From Haliotis cracherodii (Eukaryota): 64,000 nucleotides of DNA. Made by a program: the position numbers and the translations under genes. A model generated the notes under the pieces. That model was not told the DNA's origin. It ran no database searches and saw nothing but the letters and a program-made list of their open reading frames with translations. The stretch lies in contig NW_027266264.1 of assembly GCF_022045235.1 (NCBI RefSeq), positions 66,836,001 to 66,900,000 of the forward strand, read 5' to 3'. Positions 27,201 through 42,200 of this stretch are shown piece by piece (position 1 is the first letter of the stretch; each line of letters begins with the position of its first letter).

Positions 27201-30200
27201 TTGGGCCCTGCAATGTGGCTTTGTGGAGGTAACCTTGAGGATTCTAGGCAACAAAACAGACTGTGAAGTCTACCCTGGCAGTGCCTATGTCCCCATGTCA
27301 AACTACCCTGTTGAACGCAGGTGGAGCGGAACGGGGTCTGGTTGGTGGACTGCTGTATGGGCTGTTGATGGGCTATAGTATTCTGTGTTATTGGCAACCT
27401 AATAGGACTTGTCAGCTTGAATATATGGTCCTGTCCGTGGCCCAGGGTGGCTTGCTGCATGCTGTTTCCGCGAATGAGATCCCAAGACCCTGTAAGTCGC
27501 CACCACAAACACAATACAATGTTCTTACGCTTGAAGGAACACTGAAAGAAACTGCCGAATCATCCACCCAAGAATTCAGAATATCATTTCGAGGTTGAAA
27601 GGTTAACAAAGGTGATTTCCAAACTTATGAAAACACCTTGGTATGTGCTGAATAGTTTCTGCTAGGAAAGTGAGGTGTTGAGACTGGAGATGAATGTGTC
27701 AATTCAATGAAATCCACCAGCATGGCTTCTGGAGACTTATGTTGTCAAGGTTGTCCAGAATGGTCAAGCTACTCAGCATCAAGAAATGAACAATCTCTTT
27801 CACCAGTTTGTTGAGTAGATTAACTAAATCTTCAGAAATACCATTGCCTGAAATATCATTAATTTCATAGGAAGCATTTTAAATGCAACAGTGTGAAAGT
27901 GAAAGAATTCTCTCTTTAAGCATCTATTTTCAAGAGTGAAAAAAGAACATTTGGTAGATCACAGGTAAAAAAATTGGAATAACAGGATTCATTGGCATGT
28001 TAATATGCCCGTGGTGCAGTTGATCAGTTTTTGAGCTGGTTCTTCCTGTTCTCGGCAATCAAGTGTAGTGGTTGTTCCGTCCCTCACTTCCCGCCAACAA
28101 CTCTCCTACCACATTTACTTCCCTTCACATGCACACTGTGGGTTTCGCCACCTAGACGACTCCACAGCCGTAGGACGTGATAGGAGACGTTTAAACATGA
28201 CGTGCACAAATTAAACATGGAGCTCTCGAAGCTGTTGGTTTTTCTCGGTGTCACAGGGGCCATCTTTGCTTCCAAAGTCAAGATGGCCGACTGTGAACAC
28301 TGAAATGGTTTTTGACTTTCAATACTATAAACATTGAACAAACCAGACGACCTGAAAGAATAATAATTCGGAAAATACTTTGGAAACACATCACATGGAC
28401 TAAAAAAAAGTCATATCAAATATGGTTGTTCATATGCTCTCCTTATGGCTGGTTAAAGAGATCAATGTAATTGGTTTGACATGTCACATGCAAGTAGTAC
28501 ATTTAGCTCTGTCAGTGTACAATGTGTAAATATCATGAGACTAATTTAATAGTTCAGAAAATCTATCTATAGAATCTCCTTTTTCCAAGAACCACAATAG
28601 CTAATATTTATTCAAGTTATCTGGGACATTTTAAAATACAGTCTGATACTAACAGAGGCTAGATAATCAACATTCATATGTTCTCCTATGTAATTCTTTC
28701 TACACCTGTACGTTTTATTTGCGTATCTTGATGACATTACACACATCTTTGTACAACATCTTTTTTTAGAGCTGAAGTTATGTATAGCTCACGATTAATG
28801 TAGATCGTCAATGAGGCAGTAAAAGTTAAACATTTATGGCAACAAATCGGGCCTGTGTTTTGCTACTTCTTCAGCTTGAGGCTAGTTTGATAAAGTGGGT
28901 GATGTGTTTGTGGAGTGAGTCACACAGGTGAGTCACATGCTACCCGGATCACCAGAGGCTATGATCATGAAGATCATGACAAATTGTCAATTTCATGTCA
29001 CATTTCTCCGTGGTTTATATCTACAGCAATAGTATTACTTCTTGTGAATTTCATGGGATATTGGAAACTCAAATTATGTGTGATTGATGTCACAGAATAA
29101 ATGTCATGATTGGATCAGAAGTTCACATCTTATATTGCAGTTTACTACAAAATATAAATCTCATTAAGACTTTGATTTGATCTAAATTGATAAAAATATT
29201 ATAATGTTGAGTTAATGAAATGAGAAAGTTTTAATGGCATTAATTGGGTATAACAAACTGTAAAATATTGCCATCAATTATATTTGTGAACACATTGATA
29301 GATAAACAGACTTGGAAGGGAAATATGTCCTTAGTATTTATTGAGCTGAAGCCAGAGGTTTTCCTATGAGAGGATGTGGTGGTAGAGATAGTTGACATGT
29401 ATGACACTGTTGTATTTGTTCATCAAGTGTGGCTGAAGTTGGTCCTGCTTCAGAAACTCCAGGGCAAGTCCGACTACAGAACATGTGAGCCAGATACTTG
29501 ATAGGGGAGCGTAATAATCGGGGCAGTCATGGGGGACCATCAAGTAGACACTGGAAATTAGCGGGTATTCATCATCTTGTTGGGAATGTAATGATTGTGT
29601 GAATATTAGTCCAGCAATAATGGCTTCGGTTTCGTGAGAGTTTTCATGATGTTGTACAAGGTTGTTTGAAACTTTATAAGCTGTCAAATTGCTATAAAAT
29701 AGATCTTGGCAAGCTGTTGCCGAGAGAAATTACTATTGCTTACATTTGATCCAAAGACAATAAAGATTTGTAGGCCATACGGTATGGTGAGCATGTGTTG
29801 GCATTTGCAGGCATTCTGGCCGAGTCTCAAGTGCTGGGAGTTGTACTCCCGATTCTCCTCCGTAATATAAACACCGTAATTCAGTAAGTGTAACATTTAA
29901 CAAGAATCGGTCAGGGACAGCTAACGTGCTACAGTACAGCCTTGGTGTATTTCTTATCTTCGTCACTACGTGAAGCCTCGAGAAGCACCCCAACCTGAAA
30001 CACGTGCAGTCGCGTGCTTTAGCTTACGCAAATACTCTTGAGAGGTTATCAGTTAGGAAAATTTGCCCGTTTCTTTAATAGCTTCTCAACCCATTTACAG
30101 TTTTATCAGGGTTTTAATTTTACGCAATTTGGCAATTTACGCAATGCGAGACAGTGTTACATTGTTAGGAGTGCAATAGCACTAATCTTACCTCCCCAGA

Positions 30201-33200
30201 TTGGGTATCGTATTCCTCTAAGGGATAAGATTGGGACGAACATGTGTTGTGTGATGTTGAGAGTACTCCCAGTTAGTTCAGTATGTTAGAGCCATGGAGG
30301 TGAGGGTTGTTTATAAACTATAGGTTGCCATGTAGCTTCATACTGCACGTGGTGGACAGCATGGGTAGATAGGCAGATGGTGGCACGAGGGTTTGGGGGG
30401 GGGAGGGGGAAAGGGGCCAAGAAGAAGGGGAACGGGGTCTTGTATGGACAAATATTTTGTTATAAACCTCAGTCAAGCAAACATGATGGATATGATATAT
30501 CAATCAGTACTGTAACCAAGTTCATCATATTGTTATTTGGATGGTGGATGCCTACATCACTCATCATGCTGAAGACCAGGGTTCAATTTCCCACATGGGT
30601 AAAATGTGTGAAGCCCATTTCTGGTGTCTCCAGTAATATTGCCAGTACAACATAAAACAATACTCACTCACTGGTAATTTTTATCTTTTTACAATTTTAT
30701 AAACTTTAACATATCGTCATCTGAGTATTTATGACCTCATTCTTATTATGATGACTTGGAAACGAGTTGTTTAATGCCTAAGGGATAATTAATTATTCAC
30801 AACTTAATTTTTCATCATTGTTCATTCCCCTTGAAATGATACTGACTAGTAAACTTAAAAGTGCCTCGATGTTATCAAGGGAAGCTGAAGACTTTTTAAA
30901 CATTGATTACGCTGTGAAGCCTCCGAAACATGCCCGTCTTTGCTCCACTTACTAGATATTTGCTCCCATAACAAAGGGGAGGCATCACAACAGCTGGTTG
31001 CCCTTCTAAGAAAAATCCAGCTATTTTCAGCTTTACTATTGTCCAAGCTGCTGTCTCTGTTACACAATAGTGAAACTCGAACCGATACATATGGTAGGCT
31101 TCAGCCTTGGGAGGAATAGACAGAATTCAGCTCAGGGGCAAAGAGCAGAGACAGATTCACTTGATGCTGCTCTCAGACCTCAGGAACATGCAACATGCAG
31201 ATAAGGCTATCTTAGATAGCTCTTGCCGAAGTCGGCCATCTTAAGTAGGTTGCATTTTAAGGCAGAAAGCTTATAAAATCTTTGAAATGGGTTAGGTGAT
31301 ATGTTTGAAAGGCGGCTTATCATTGATGTTTTGTAATATGAATTTTTCATCATTTTATCATTATGATATCATACATGAATTGATTATTTCGTATGGAGTG
31401 AGGTTTAAGTGATGATGAAAAACGTAAAAGACAAAAAGCTTTGAAGAGAAGATGTGTTTGGCTAAAGATTTGTTTTATCAGCACTTAAAGCCATATTGTG
31501 TTCTTACTTGTCGGCTAATGAAGTGTGTTTTGTTTGCAGTATGTGCATATCAATATTTGTGAAGTTGAAAGCAATGTATTCAGGGGCTCAAAGGGTTTCT
31601 GGGACATATTTGTGGAGTGTGCCATCTCCACCACTTCCTGCCAGGTGGCGTGAACCTCGGTAGATGGCGCTGTGGTTTTAACATGTTATAACACTATGAC
31701 ACGCCATCAATATCACGCGTTCAAAAACGTTGTAGCATGACCAACATACATTAGCTTGTCTGGGTATTTATAGGCGGTCATTATACCAATCAGGCAGCAT
31801 AGAATCTTTTGTTGTGGTAGTTGCAATGGTTAAATAATGTCAAATAAACGAAACAATATTCTCGCATTAGTGCATCGTGGCAGTTAAGGCTTGTACCTGC
31901 ACACATATTCATCTCAAATTACGTGGGTTGAAATGGTAGTCAGAATTCAATTACCATCAGGTGATGAAGTAATGGAATTTCAACATGCTCAGAGTAAAAC
32001 GGGAGGCAGCGAAACAACAGATTTATCTTCGTTGAAAGCAGAACAACTTGGGATTAAGTAGAAACATGGAGCCAGGAGCATATGGGAGCTAATGATGTTC
32101 AGCTTCTCTTGAAAGTGACGTTTGAGAAGTCTGAAATTGAGACTAACCAGCACAGTCTATAGTTGGGCTAATACACAAATAAATCAAAGTATAGGTGTTG
32201 ATCCATTTTGAAAGAACTGGCTAATTTTGTTTCTAAGCACTAAGCCTCCTAGTCCCACCCTATGTAAGAAATGGTAGGATTTGATTTGATGTCAATCCTT
32301 TGCCTATCTGAAGCAATAACCAGACTTGACTTGAGCAATGAGTGGATTACAGAGATGACAAGAAACAAGGATAGGTTGTCAAGGGATACGAGGGTGCCAA
32401 GATCAAGGAGACTGTGATCGTCCATCTTCCCTGCCTGGTCCTCAGGCCCGTCCCGCCCCCTGGCCAGTAACGTCCTTCTAGGTCCTCCATAGTCCTCCAT
32501 TGGCTTGAGGGTCACGCTAGGTAATCTGGTCTCCCATTGTTCCTGTCAACACAAAGATAAACCTGCCATGGACATTGATTTCTGGTCACATGGTCTGAAA
32601 CAGTGTCTCATATTAACCATTTTTCTTAGATGAGTTGATAAAATATAGACAGTATGGATTTATCTTTGTTGACCTTATATTGTGAACAAACTGAAAGGGA
32701 AAGCGTCCCTATGATAAATACTGTATACTGGGGCGCTGTAACTTGTTTATGATTCACAGTTAAGGTCAAGCATGAGATGAAGTAGAAACAAGACTATCAT
32801 TAACTAAACTAAAGTGCATAAACTTGAGGTGGGCCATCAAGGAACTTGTTTTGACAACAACCATCTGTCTGCCATGAGGACCATCTTTAGGTATTGTCAT
32901 GTCTGCTTGCCCAACAATGGTCTTTTCTTCAGCCACGATTGCCATCTTTATTTCTGTAATTACACATCTGAGAGGTGTCCCCATCTTAACCTGTGCACAG
33001 ATAATGCCGAGAATGCTTCCTGAGACATATGTTTGTGTTCAACACTGCTTTGCATGGAAGTAGGGTACATTTATTGATAATGTACATGATGAGGTTTATT
33101 TTTTTCAATGGAACAATGGAGGACTGTTTTACTGTGAGTTGATGTCCTGCTCCTAATACAGTACAATGCTCAGTCATGTGAGAGAGTGAACTTCTGATGG

Positions 33201-36200
33201 CAGTGGAGAACGCACACAACACATGATATAGTGTTTGTCTGCCCAGGGGGTCTAGCATTAACCTTTTGACTGATAATTCACACATATCTCTGTCTAACAA
33301 CTAAATTTTGTAAATTAAACTCATTATATGGTAATTTAAATGAATCAGGACATTTTGTTCTTTCAAACAAATACCCACATGTGGTCAGTTAAAGTTTTAT
33401 TTTAGAAAGGTTTCAGAATGAAGACATTATCTTTTGCACCATACTGGGTTTGTTTCAAAGGTTATAAAACTGTGCTTATCATGAATATTCAGCCATTAGA
33501 TGCGTGATGTTTTTCCCATAGGTTATACCCTACAACTGATAATGTTGCAGCAACTAGAAGATTTTACAAACAAACCAAACCAGTTTCAAATCAACTTCTG
33601 AGAGAGACACGAATTTCCCTTTCATCTGTAAATCAGAAAAAAAAACACTTCAGCAATGTAGGGAATGTATGCACAGAGAGCCACGTAGTAACACATCTAA
33701 CTAGTCTGCTGGCATGTAGTACAGAGTGGTGAATAAATAGTACTAGTTGAAAGGGCAACACTATACTTATGTTTACATTCAATTACATGCTAGTAGATGT
33801 ATTAGCAAAACACTTAGATGCCTTATTGTCCAGACAATATGAAAATCAGACTTTGACACCTATGTAAACATGATCTGATGGTATTGTTTCAGAGTGAAAC
33901 ACAATTTAAACACACAATCGTTGACATTATTTTTTTTATCATTTCTAGAAAATGATGCAAGCTTGGAGAAATTTGCTGGACGAATTGATGAAATTGACCA
34001 CTTTAGACTCCTGATGTCTGATGCTTCTTCCATGTTGTTAGGAGCAAAGTAAGTATATTTGTTAGATAAATCAAAAATAAACAAAGTTATATTTACAAAG
34101 CACATCTTTTAATTAAGTTTGAAACTTAATTATTAGCATTTCTGTCATCTTGATCATTTGTTGAAGTACATAGGTAATTTGTTTCTGTATTTTGATATGG
34201 AAAATTGTAAGGTATAAGATCTTTGGACTTTGGTGTTGCCACCGTAAATGTAATTAAATACTGCCTCACAGATGTGAAAAGTGTTTTCACGTCTTTGTAT
34301 TTGTTTTACAAGATCAGCCTGACCCAACAATAATGATGACATTTTGTGTTTCAGAAACGCTGTACATAATGTCAGTCTCGCTGACCTAAAGGAATTCTCG
34401 GTAAGTTTTTGATGCATATTTCTCTACGCCCTAAGTGATGTGAATATTTCCTTCCATGAAGCTTTGGAACTTGTTTAATTATAACCATGGGCAAACAACA
34501 TTGTTTTGAAGCTCCCTGAGAGTGATGTTTCTACACTCATGATGGCATAGGTGTTTCTCCATACTTGAAAAGTATGTGTTTCTATTCTAAATTATTTGTT
34601 TCATGATTTCAGAGAATAGACTGGGAACCTCAGGCATCAGACATTGAATTATGTACAAAGAAACAGAAGACCCCGGTAAGTACTATTTAATTTTTATTTT
34701 GAGACATCAAAACCGAGGAGCTTCAATGCCCTCTTTGATAGATCTATTATGTAGGGGAAAAAATCTCCTCAATCACTGACACTGTTGGCATACAGAGAAA
34801 GTATTGTGAAGGTTAATTTTCTATTTCCTCCATTTAGTTTCCCTGGTTCACTGGTAGTATGGGGTGGTGGGGTAGCCTAGTGGTTAAAGCCTTCACAACG
34901 GTCTGGGTTCGATTCCCCAAAAATGAAATTGCTGGAATATAGCTAACAGTGGTGTATAACCCAACTCACTCACTCACTCACTCACTCACTCACTCACTCA
35001 CTGAACTACAGTCAGTTGGCTGAGGAACATATGCCCAGGTGATGTGAGTCAGCCAGGATGATGATTAACCTGGATCTCTAACGAAAGGAAGGACTATGGA
35101 AAGTGTAAAAAAGTAATCAAAGGTTCTGTATTTGGCGAAGTCATCAAGATACCTGAAGATGAGACCGACCTAACCCGACTGGGCGGTAAATCAATTTCCG
35201 AACCCTTCACACTCCCGATGAAGACTCACAAATGATGCAGCCTGAATTAGCTGGGAGCTAGATCTGTTTCAAGTTGAACAAGTGTTTGACTTGCTCCTGC
35301 ACACTGTACAAGATTCTGATCAGTGAGGAAATCTATTTGACAATGGGATTGTGTATGGCTGCATCAATGAATAGGATGTCTTATAATATAGAAGCTGACA
35401 AAACTAAACTTGCTTCCATTGTCACCGATGGCTGATAATAAAGATGGTTGGCTAGACAGGAAGGATTGGAGAAGCACAATTGATAAAGTAAACAATTCAA
35501 TTAGATACACGGAAATGAGACTGAGCTGTGCATGCTTGTATGAGTGGATGAGATCTTGTAGAGCAAATACTTACCATTGTGCATCAAGAATTGTTTGCCA
35601 CACAATACTCAGGTCAAGGTCACAGGTCAAAGGGAACTGATCGGCTTTGTGGATCTTGCTGTCTTCTGTGTCACAAACTGATGCATAAATCAGTCGGAGA
35701 CTCACTGTAGTGTACAGTATGCTAGGAATGATATCAGCAAAAGTGTTTTCACTATATTCTAAATGCTCCTTTCCTAATTTGAAATTCTAATTAGGCCCAT
35801 GAATTTTACTGTTAAGAAAACTTGAAATTAGATTTGAATGGTGGTTTGGATTGTTATTGAAAGGAATCCAGTTTTCTATAGGTTTGTTGAAGGGAAAAGC
35901 AATTTAGATCTTAGTGACAAGATTGATAAAAGAAGATGTGTTACCCATAAACTAGTTGTCAAACATACAGTGTCTAAGCTGGTATCCTATGCCTTGGTAA
36001 ACAAGCATGTCAGGCAGAAGGAATTCTATTATCACATGCTCTTATCAATGTGAAAAGATATTCCACTCCCATCTTTACATGAATCTCACTGTATGGAATA
36101 GATACAATGGAATAACAAAGTATGAAGCAACATTCTGGATAGGTTTTGAAATTAAACTATGAAATCTGTCCAAAATCATGCTGAGTGCTGCTTTGGTTAA

Positions 36201-39200
36201 CAGAGTAATTATCAACTGACAGTTTTGAAAATACATCATGTGATGTTGGCGACAGTTTGACGTCAGTAACAACTGAACATGTCATGGAAGAATTAGGTGA
36301 TTTCGTGGCAATAGATTTGTCAGTGTTGCTTGTTGATGAGTTAAGTCACGTCAGTGTTGACACAGAGACCAAGTGAGATAACGAGGTATCTACCTGGTCG
36401 CCACACCTGTACACGGTTCTCCCTCTATCTCCTCTTGACACAATCTATGCCACAATTCACAGCTACCTGTTGCGTTTGTCCTCTGTGTACTGGGGCTCCG
36501 TGGTCTCTAGCACGTTTGTGACTTCGAAAATAGAGAGTAGCCCTCGTCCTTCTCAACTCCGGATAAGCGATGTGACCATTCAATCTGTTATGGGATTTTG
36601 TATTACAAACACATCAAGCTGGAATATTTATTGTGATAAAAACATAAAATCACCAATTTTGGACCACTTGTCCCTTATCAGACAGATGTATCAAGTGTCC
36701 TTATCATGTTTAAGTTTTCATGCTCTGAAGGAGACGATATGGGTATGAATATAACATAAAGTGTATTTTCATTTTGTTAAATGTAATTGTGCACACCTGA
36801 CTGAGATTTCCTTAAATCAAGAATATACTTAAAGGGAATCTTTGATTTACATGTTAAGCATAAAAAACATCAATATGTGAGGCATATGCTTACATCAATG
36901 AGGTCACACAGTATTTACGTTGCATGAAATTATTTGTTCAAAATAAGAATTTACTTAAAGGGAGTCTTAGATTAAGCGTAAAAACATGTCAATATGTGAG
37001 GCATATGCTTATATCAATGAGGTCACACAGTATTTACTTTGCATCAAATTAGAGTTGTGTCAAACACGCAGTGGAAAAGTTCAAATACGGACTTGTTAAT
37101 TCCCTGCTCGGTTTGTTTGCTTTTCACGTATATAGACAAAAATAAACATGGACTGTACATAGGCAGAAACAAACAGAACATGGAGCGTTTGTGTTGACTG
37201 AGTCCAGGAAAGCCCGAGGTCCACGTAGATGTAGAGGTGGCATGGGTGGCTGACCTCAGTGTGGGCACAGCAGCATAGTCAGTTGCTGAGTTCCCGACTT
37301 GCTACTCTTGTAAAAAGGCATATACATTTTAATACATGTCAATTATTAAAATATTCTTATTATGCACTCACCCCAAACATAAGATGAAAATGTCTGATAT
37401 TTTGTAAAATTTTGTATCATCACATAAATATTTTTTTGGCTGCGCTGAATATTTTTAAATATAAATGATTTATCTTTCAGGAACAATGTCAGAATTACAT
37501 TCGTGTCATTGTGAAGAAAGATAACAACAGGTTATACACCTGTGGAACAAATGCTTTCCGTCCCAAATGTCGAACGTACAAGCAGAATGGGGTAAGTGTC
37601 TTCATGAAAAAGTTCTGTTTTTTACAATTTCAAGACACAAGATTGAACAGTCATAATAATTGTAAAATTATCTTTCAAATGAATACCCAGAGTAATATCT
37701 TAAGATTGCTCAGTCATGATAACCATATGAAAATGGTCAATTATTTTGTGAGTCATGCATCTAACATATGCTTGTTATTATCCCACAGCTCAGTGGATAT
37801 GAACGAATTGAGGAGCGAGATGGTGTAGCCCAGTGCCCTTATGATCCTGAACAAAATAGCACAGCCATTTATGCAGGCAAGTACATTTAGCATGGCATAG
37901 ATTTTAAATTAGTGAAATATTTCTCTGAAATCTGAGGAATATTTATGATGCACAATTTTGATTGATTATTCAATTTGTGACAATTTTGTCCACATAAATC
38001 AGTGTTCCATGATTGATGGCTGAGCCTGTGGTTGGTAATATCCTGGTGTGGTCAGACCAGTTTGACCGGGAGATTACCTTTGAGGGCAGCTGACCACTCA
38101 TTAAGCACAACAGGGTCAGTTCCAGTAGCATCATTAGAAATAGGACATGCTTGAAGCGACCCTCATCAGCAAGTGGCAATTATGGTCCACTAAATTATCA
38201 ACATTGTGAGATAGTTGAAATATTATATTGAGTCGCTTAACAAAATTCTAATTTAGTCCATAATTATTCCAAGTAATTTCAAGAAAATCTGTGAATGATG
38301 AAAATTTGAAAGCCCTCAGCTTGAATGTTAAGATGTGAATCACAGAATTGTTAAGACAGTGAAAGTGATCAATTTGCTTGCCATTGGCGACACTCAAGAA
38401 TAATAAACTGCTTTCACACAAAGGCACAGCAGTAGAGGTCCAGGAATTCTGCTAATGATGTGGTAGGAATCACACACATCCGATTCCCTCTGGTGCAGTG
38501 TGTGGAGCTTAGAGGGAACCGCTGTGTGGATAGTTGGAATAATAGCTTCTGTCTGCATGGCGAACCATCAGTGAGGGTTCATGGGGTAGGGGAGGACATC
38601 TTGCCCCATCCTTTCCCCTTGGGTGGGGGGAAGGAAAACTGATGATTGGAGCCAGATATGAATTATGTGCCTGTCAACAGAGATCTTGATTATGGCCTGA
38701 TGGGTTGCAGAAAAGTACTTAATCTCCCCCTGAAGATTACAAGTTCAATTCATCATGTACATAAGTTTGACTTTTGTAAATGGTTTAGACTATGTTGACC
38801 TATTGAATATATATGTTAGTTTTATGGAGATTTGAGTGAGGTTTGGAAGTCAGTCAGGAAAGGTTCTACATGTGATTTATTGTGGAGCATGGGATAACAT
38901 TGTATCTGTAAATGCTCAAGGATACTTTCTGTGGTGTCAAAGAGGATGAGATAAACATGGTAAAGAGATAAAACATCAAGATATGGGTTCTGTAACCACA
39001 GACAGCCAACACCCATGTTGCTCTCAACCACAGCTATCAACATTTAGAACCAATAAACCATAAATCACCATACATGTTCTTCCAGGCCTTGCCAAAACTC
39101 AAAACTGACCTAGAAAAAACATGCCATCCAATATGGCAGCTATTAAGATGTCAGTGCTGCTGCCACTAGGTGGCCAAGTGAGGAACTACTTTCTTGTCCT

Positions 39201-42200
39201 CTATTACATGTATTTCTACTCTGCTCCACATTGGTGTGTCGAAGTGTAACTTTATGACAGATCAGGTTTGGTGACTTCCTGAACTTAACTAGCTCGCGTC
39301 TCGAGAGACATGGAAAATAATTAAACGCCAGTGATAAAGTCTTTGTGAGGAAGCATTTAACTGTGTCCTGTCGCTGCACTCTGTCCCTGGGGTCATGCTT
39401 GGAGAAAATGGTCCAGAATTAGTCGAGATTTGGACGTCTGCTTGCTGAACTTGCAGTGTTGGATATTTTTTGAAAAATGCAAATTCAGCAAAAATATTTC
39501 CTGTAAGTCAATAAACCTCTAAATATATATCAAGACCACAATTTGCGGCTAACAGTAGCATTTACTACAATGAAACCTTGATACATCAGACCCTGTTAGC
39601 CAGGAAACAGATTAAATAATATTGACCTTATCATTTTACGTTCTTTTACAGGAGTATTCTGCTCTTGATCAATAATTCAATGAGGACTGTAACATGAAAG
39701 ATTTAATTTTCCTTTATTTATTCCAGGTGGCAAGCTGTACTCGGCTACAGTGTCTGACTTCTCCTCACGGGATCCTTTGATCCTTGAGACCAACAAGATG
39801 ATCCGAACAGAGCAGTACGACTCAAAGTGGCTCAATGGTAGGTTGGGTTCAATTAGCCTGCTATCACCATTATCTCATCTGGACATAAGATAATGATAAA
39901 TAATTACACTGTTAAATCTGTTAATGAGGTCATTTACTTTATTTATCATGGTAATGTTAACTACTAGAATGGTTAGAAATGAAATAAGAACGTGTTGAGA
40001 AATATCTCAAGCCTGATCATTTCATTGCTTCTATCTTATGAGGAGTGAAAGGGTTATGTTGATCGGGTGATAAGATAGCGCCAGTGCAGGAGTTAGAACA
40101 TATTCTGGCTTGACACCAACAGTGAACAGGATTTATGCTCAGTTAAAAAATGATGTATATTATCTCTGTTTCCAGAGCCCAATTTTGTAAGTTCCTTTGA
40201 GAAACAAGACAAGATTTATTTCTTCTTCCGTGAGACTGCTGTTGAACATATCAACTGTGGCAAGGTGAGAAAAATAATTGAAAAAAAAATGATAATTGAG
40301 AGTGATTATTTAGTTTTAAAAGGCTACAAAACCAAAACAAGTTCCATTGAAACAATATACAAATTTTATGTGTAACTGAAGTATATATATGAACCTTTCT
40401 GTCATTATAAGCACACTTTAACATACATACAAATGAAACGTAAAAAGAATATTTATATTTATCTCTTTGTTGTTTCCTTCAGGCTGTGTTTTCTCGGGTC
40501 GCTCGCATCTGTAAGAGTGACGAGGGAGGCCAGATGTTGCTGTACAACACTTGGACGTCCTTCTTCAAAGCCCGACTCAACTGCTCCATCCCAGGGGATT
40601 TCCCATTCTATTTTGATGAAATACGTGAGTTTTCAAATGTCATTTGTTATTGTTACTTTTAACACTGAATTGGGATTGTTTTAACAGATGATAGAATATA
40701 TAATTGTACATTTCAGAAACCTTGTCCATTGCTTATATTTCATTATTGTTCTTTTAGAATCAACATCCGATTTTGGCGAGGGTAACTTCAGACCAGTGAT
40801 TTCCTCCGGTAGTAGATATGACATGGTTTATGCTGTCTTCAACACACCACAGTAAGTTTCCTAGCTTGTCAACATATCATCGTCATTGTCATCATCAGCA
40901 GTTTCATCAGTAGCATTAGTATTATTATCATAGAATAACTCCTTATGATGAAAGAAAGAGAAAAGAGGGAGCAATATTAGTCATTCAAATAGTCCATACT
41001 ATTATCATCTTCATCTTCATCATTGTTATATTGTCTGTGATATTAAAGAATTCCTGTCAAATGAATACACACAATAACCATCTCTGTCTGTCTTGCAGCA
41101 ACTCCATCCGTGGATCTGCCATCTGTGCATTTAGATACACTGACATTGTCCAGACATTTGAAGGCCGGTTCAAGGGTCAGGAGTCTGCCTGGCACAACTG
41201 GCTGGCCGTGCCCAGGGAGAAGACGCCTGCTCCCCATCCTCAGAAGGTAAGACTCTTAACCTTGTTCCATCCACTGTCATCTTGTTCCATCCACTGTCAC
41301 CTTGTTCCATCCACTGTCACCTTGTTCCATCCACTGTCATCTTGTTCCATCCACTGTCACCTTGTTCCATCCACTGTCATCTTGTTCCATCCACTGTCAC
41401 CTTGTTCCATCCACTGTCATCTTGTTCCATCCACTGTCATCTTGTTCCATCCACTGTCACCTTGTTCCATCCACTGTCATCTTGTTCCATCCACTGTCAC
41501 CTTGTTCCATCCACTGTCACCTTGTTCCATCCACAGTCATCTTGTTCCATCCACTGTCATCTTGTTCCATCCACTGTCATCTTGTTCCACCCACTGTCAC
41601 CTTGTTCCATCCACTGTCACCTTGTTCCATCCACTGTCACCTTGTTCCATCCACTGTCACCTTGTTCCATCCACTGTCACCTTGTTCCATCCAATGTCAC
41701 CTTGTTCCATCCACTGTCATCTTGTTCCATCCACTGTCACCGTGTTCCATCCACTGTCACCTTGTTCCATCCACTGTCACCTTGTTCCATCCACTGTCAC
41801 CTTGTTCCATCCACTGTCATCTTGTTCCATCCACTGTCACCTTGTTCCATCCACTGTCACCTTGTTCCATCCACTGTCATCTTGTTCCATCCACTGTCAC
41901 CTTGTTCCATCCACAGTCATCTTGTTCCATCCACTGTCATCTTGTTCCATCCACTGTCACCTTGTTCCATCCACTGTCACCTTGTTCCATCCACTGTCAT
42001 CTTGTTCCATCCACTGTCATCTTGTTCCATCCACTGTCATCTTGTTCCATCCACTGTCACCTTGTTCCATCCACTGTCACCTTGTTCCATCCACTGTCAC
42101 CTTGTTCCATCCACTGTCACCTTGTTCCATCCACTGTCACCTTGTTCCATCCACTGTCACCTTGTTCCATCCACTGTCACCTTGTTCCATCCACTGTCAT

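Noticed and set aside
18290-33948. Nested gene or autonomous transposon ORF in the large intron
   Set aside because: No ORF in the track or frame I read resembles a transposase, reverse transcriptase or known protein; small nested exons cannot be excluded without transcript data.
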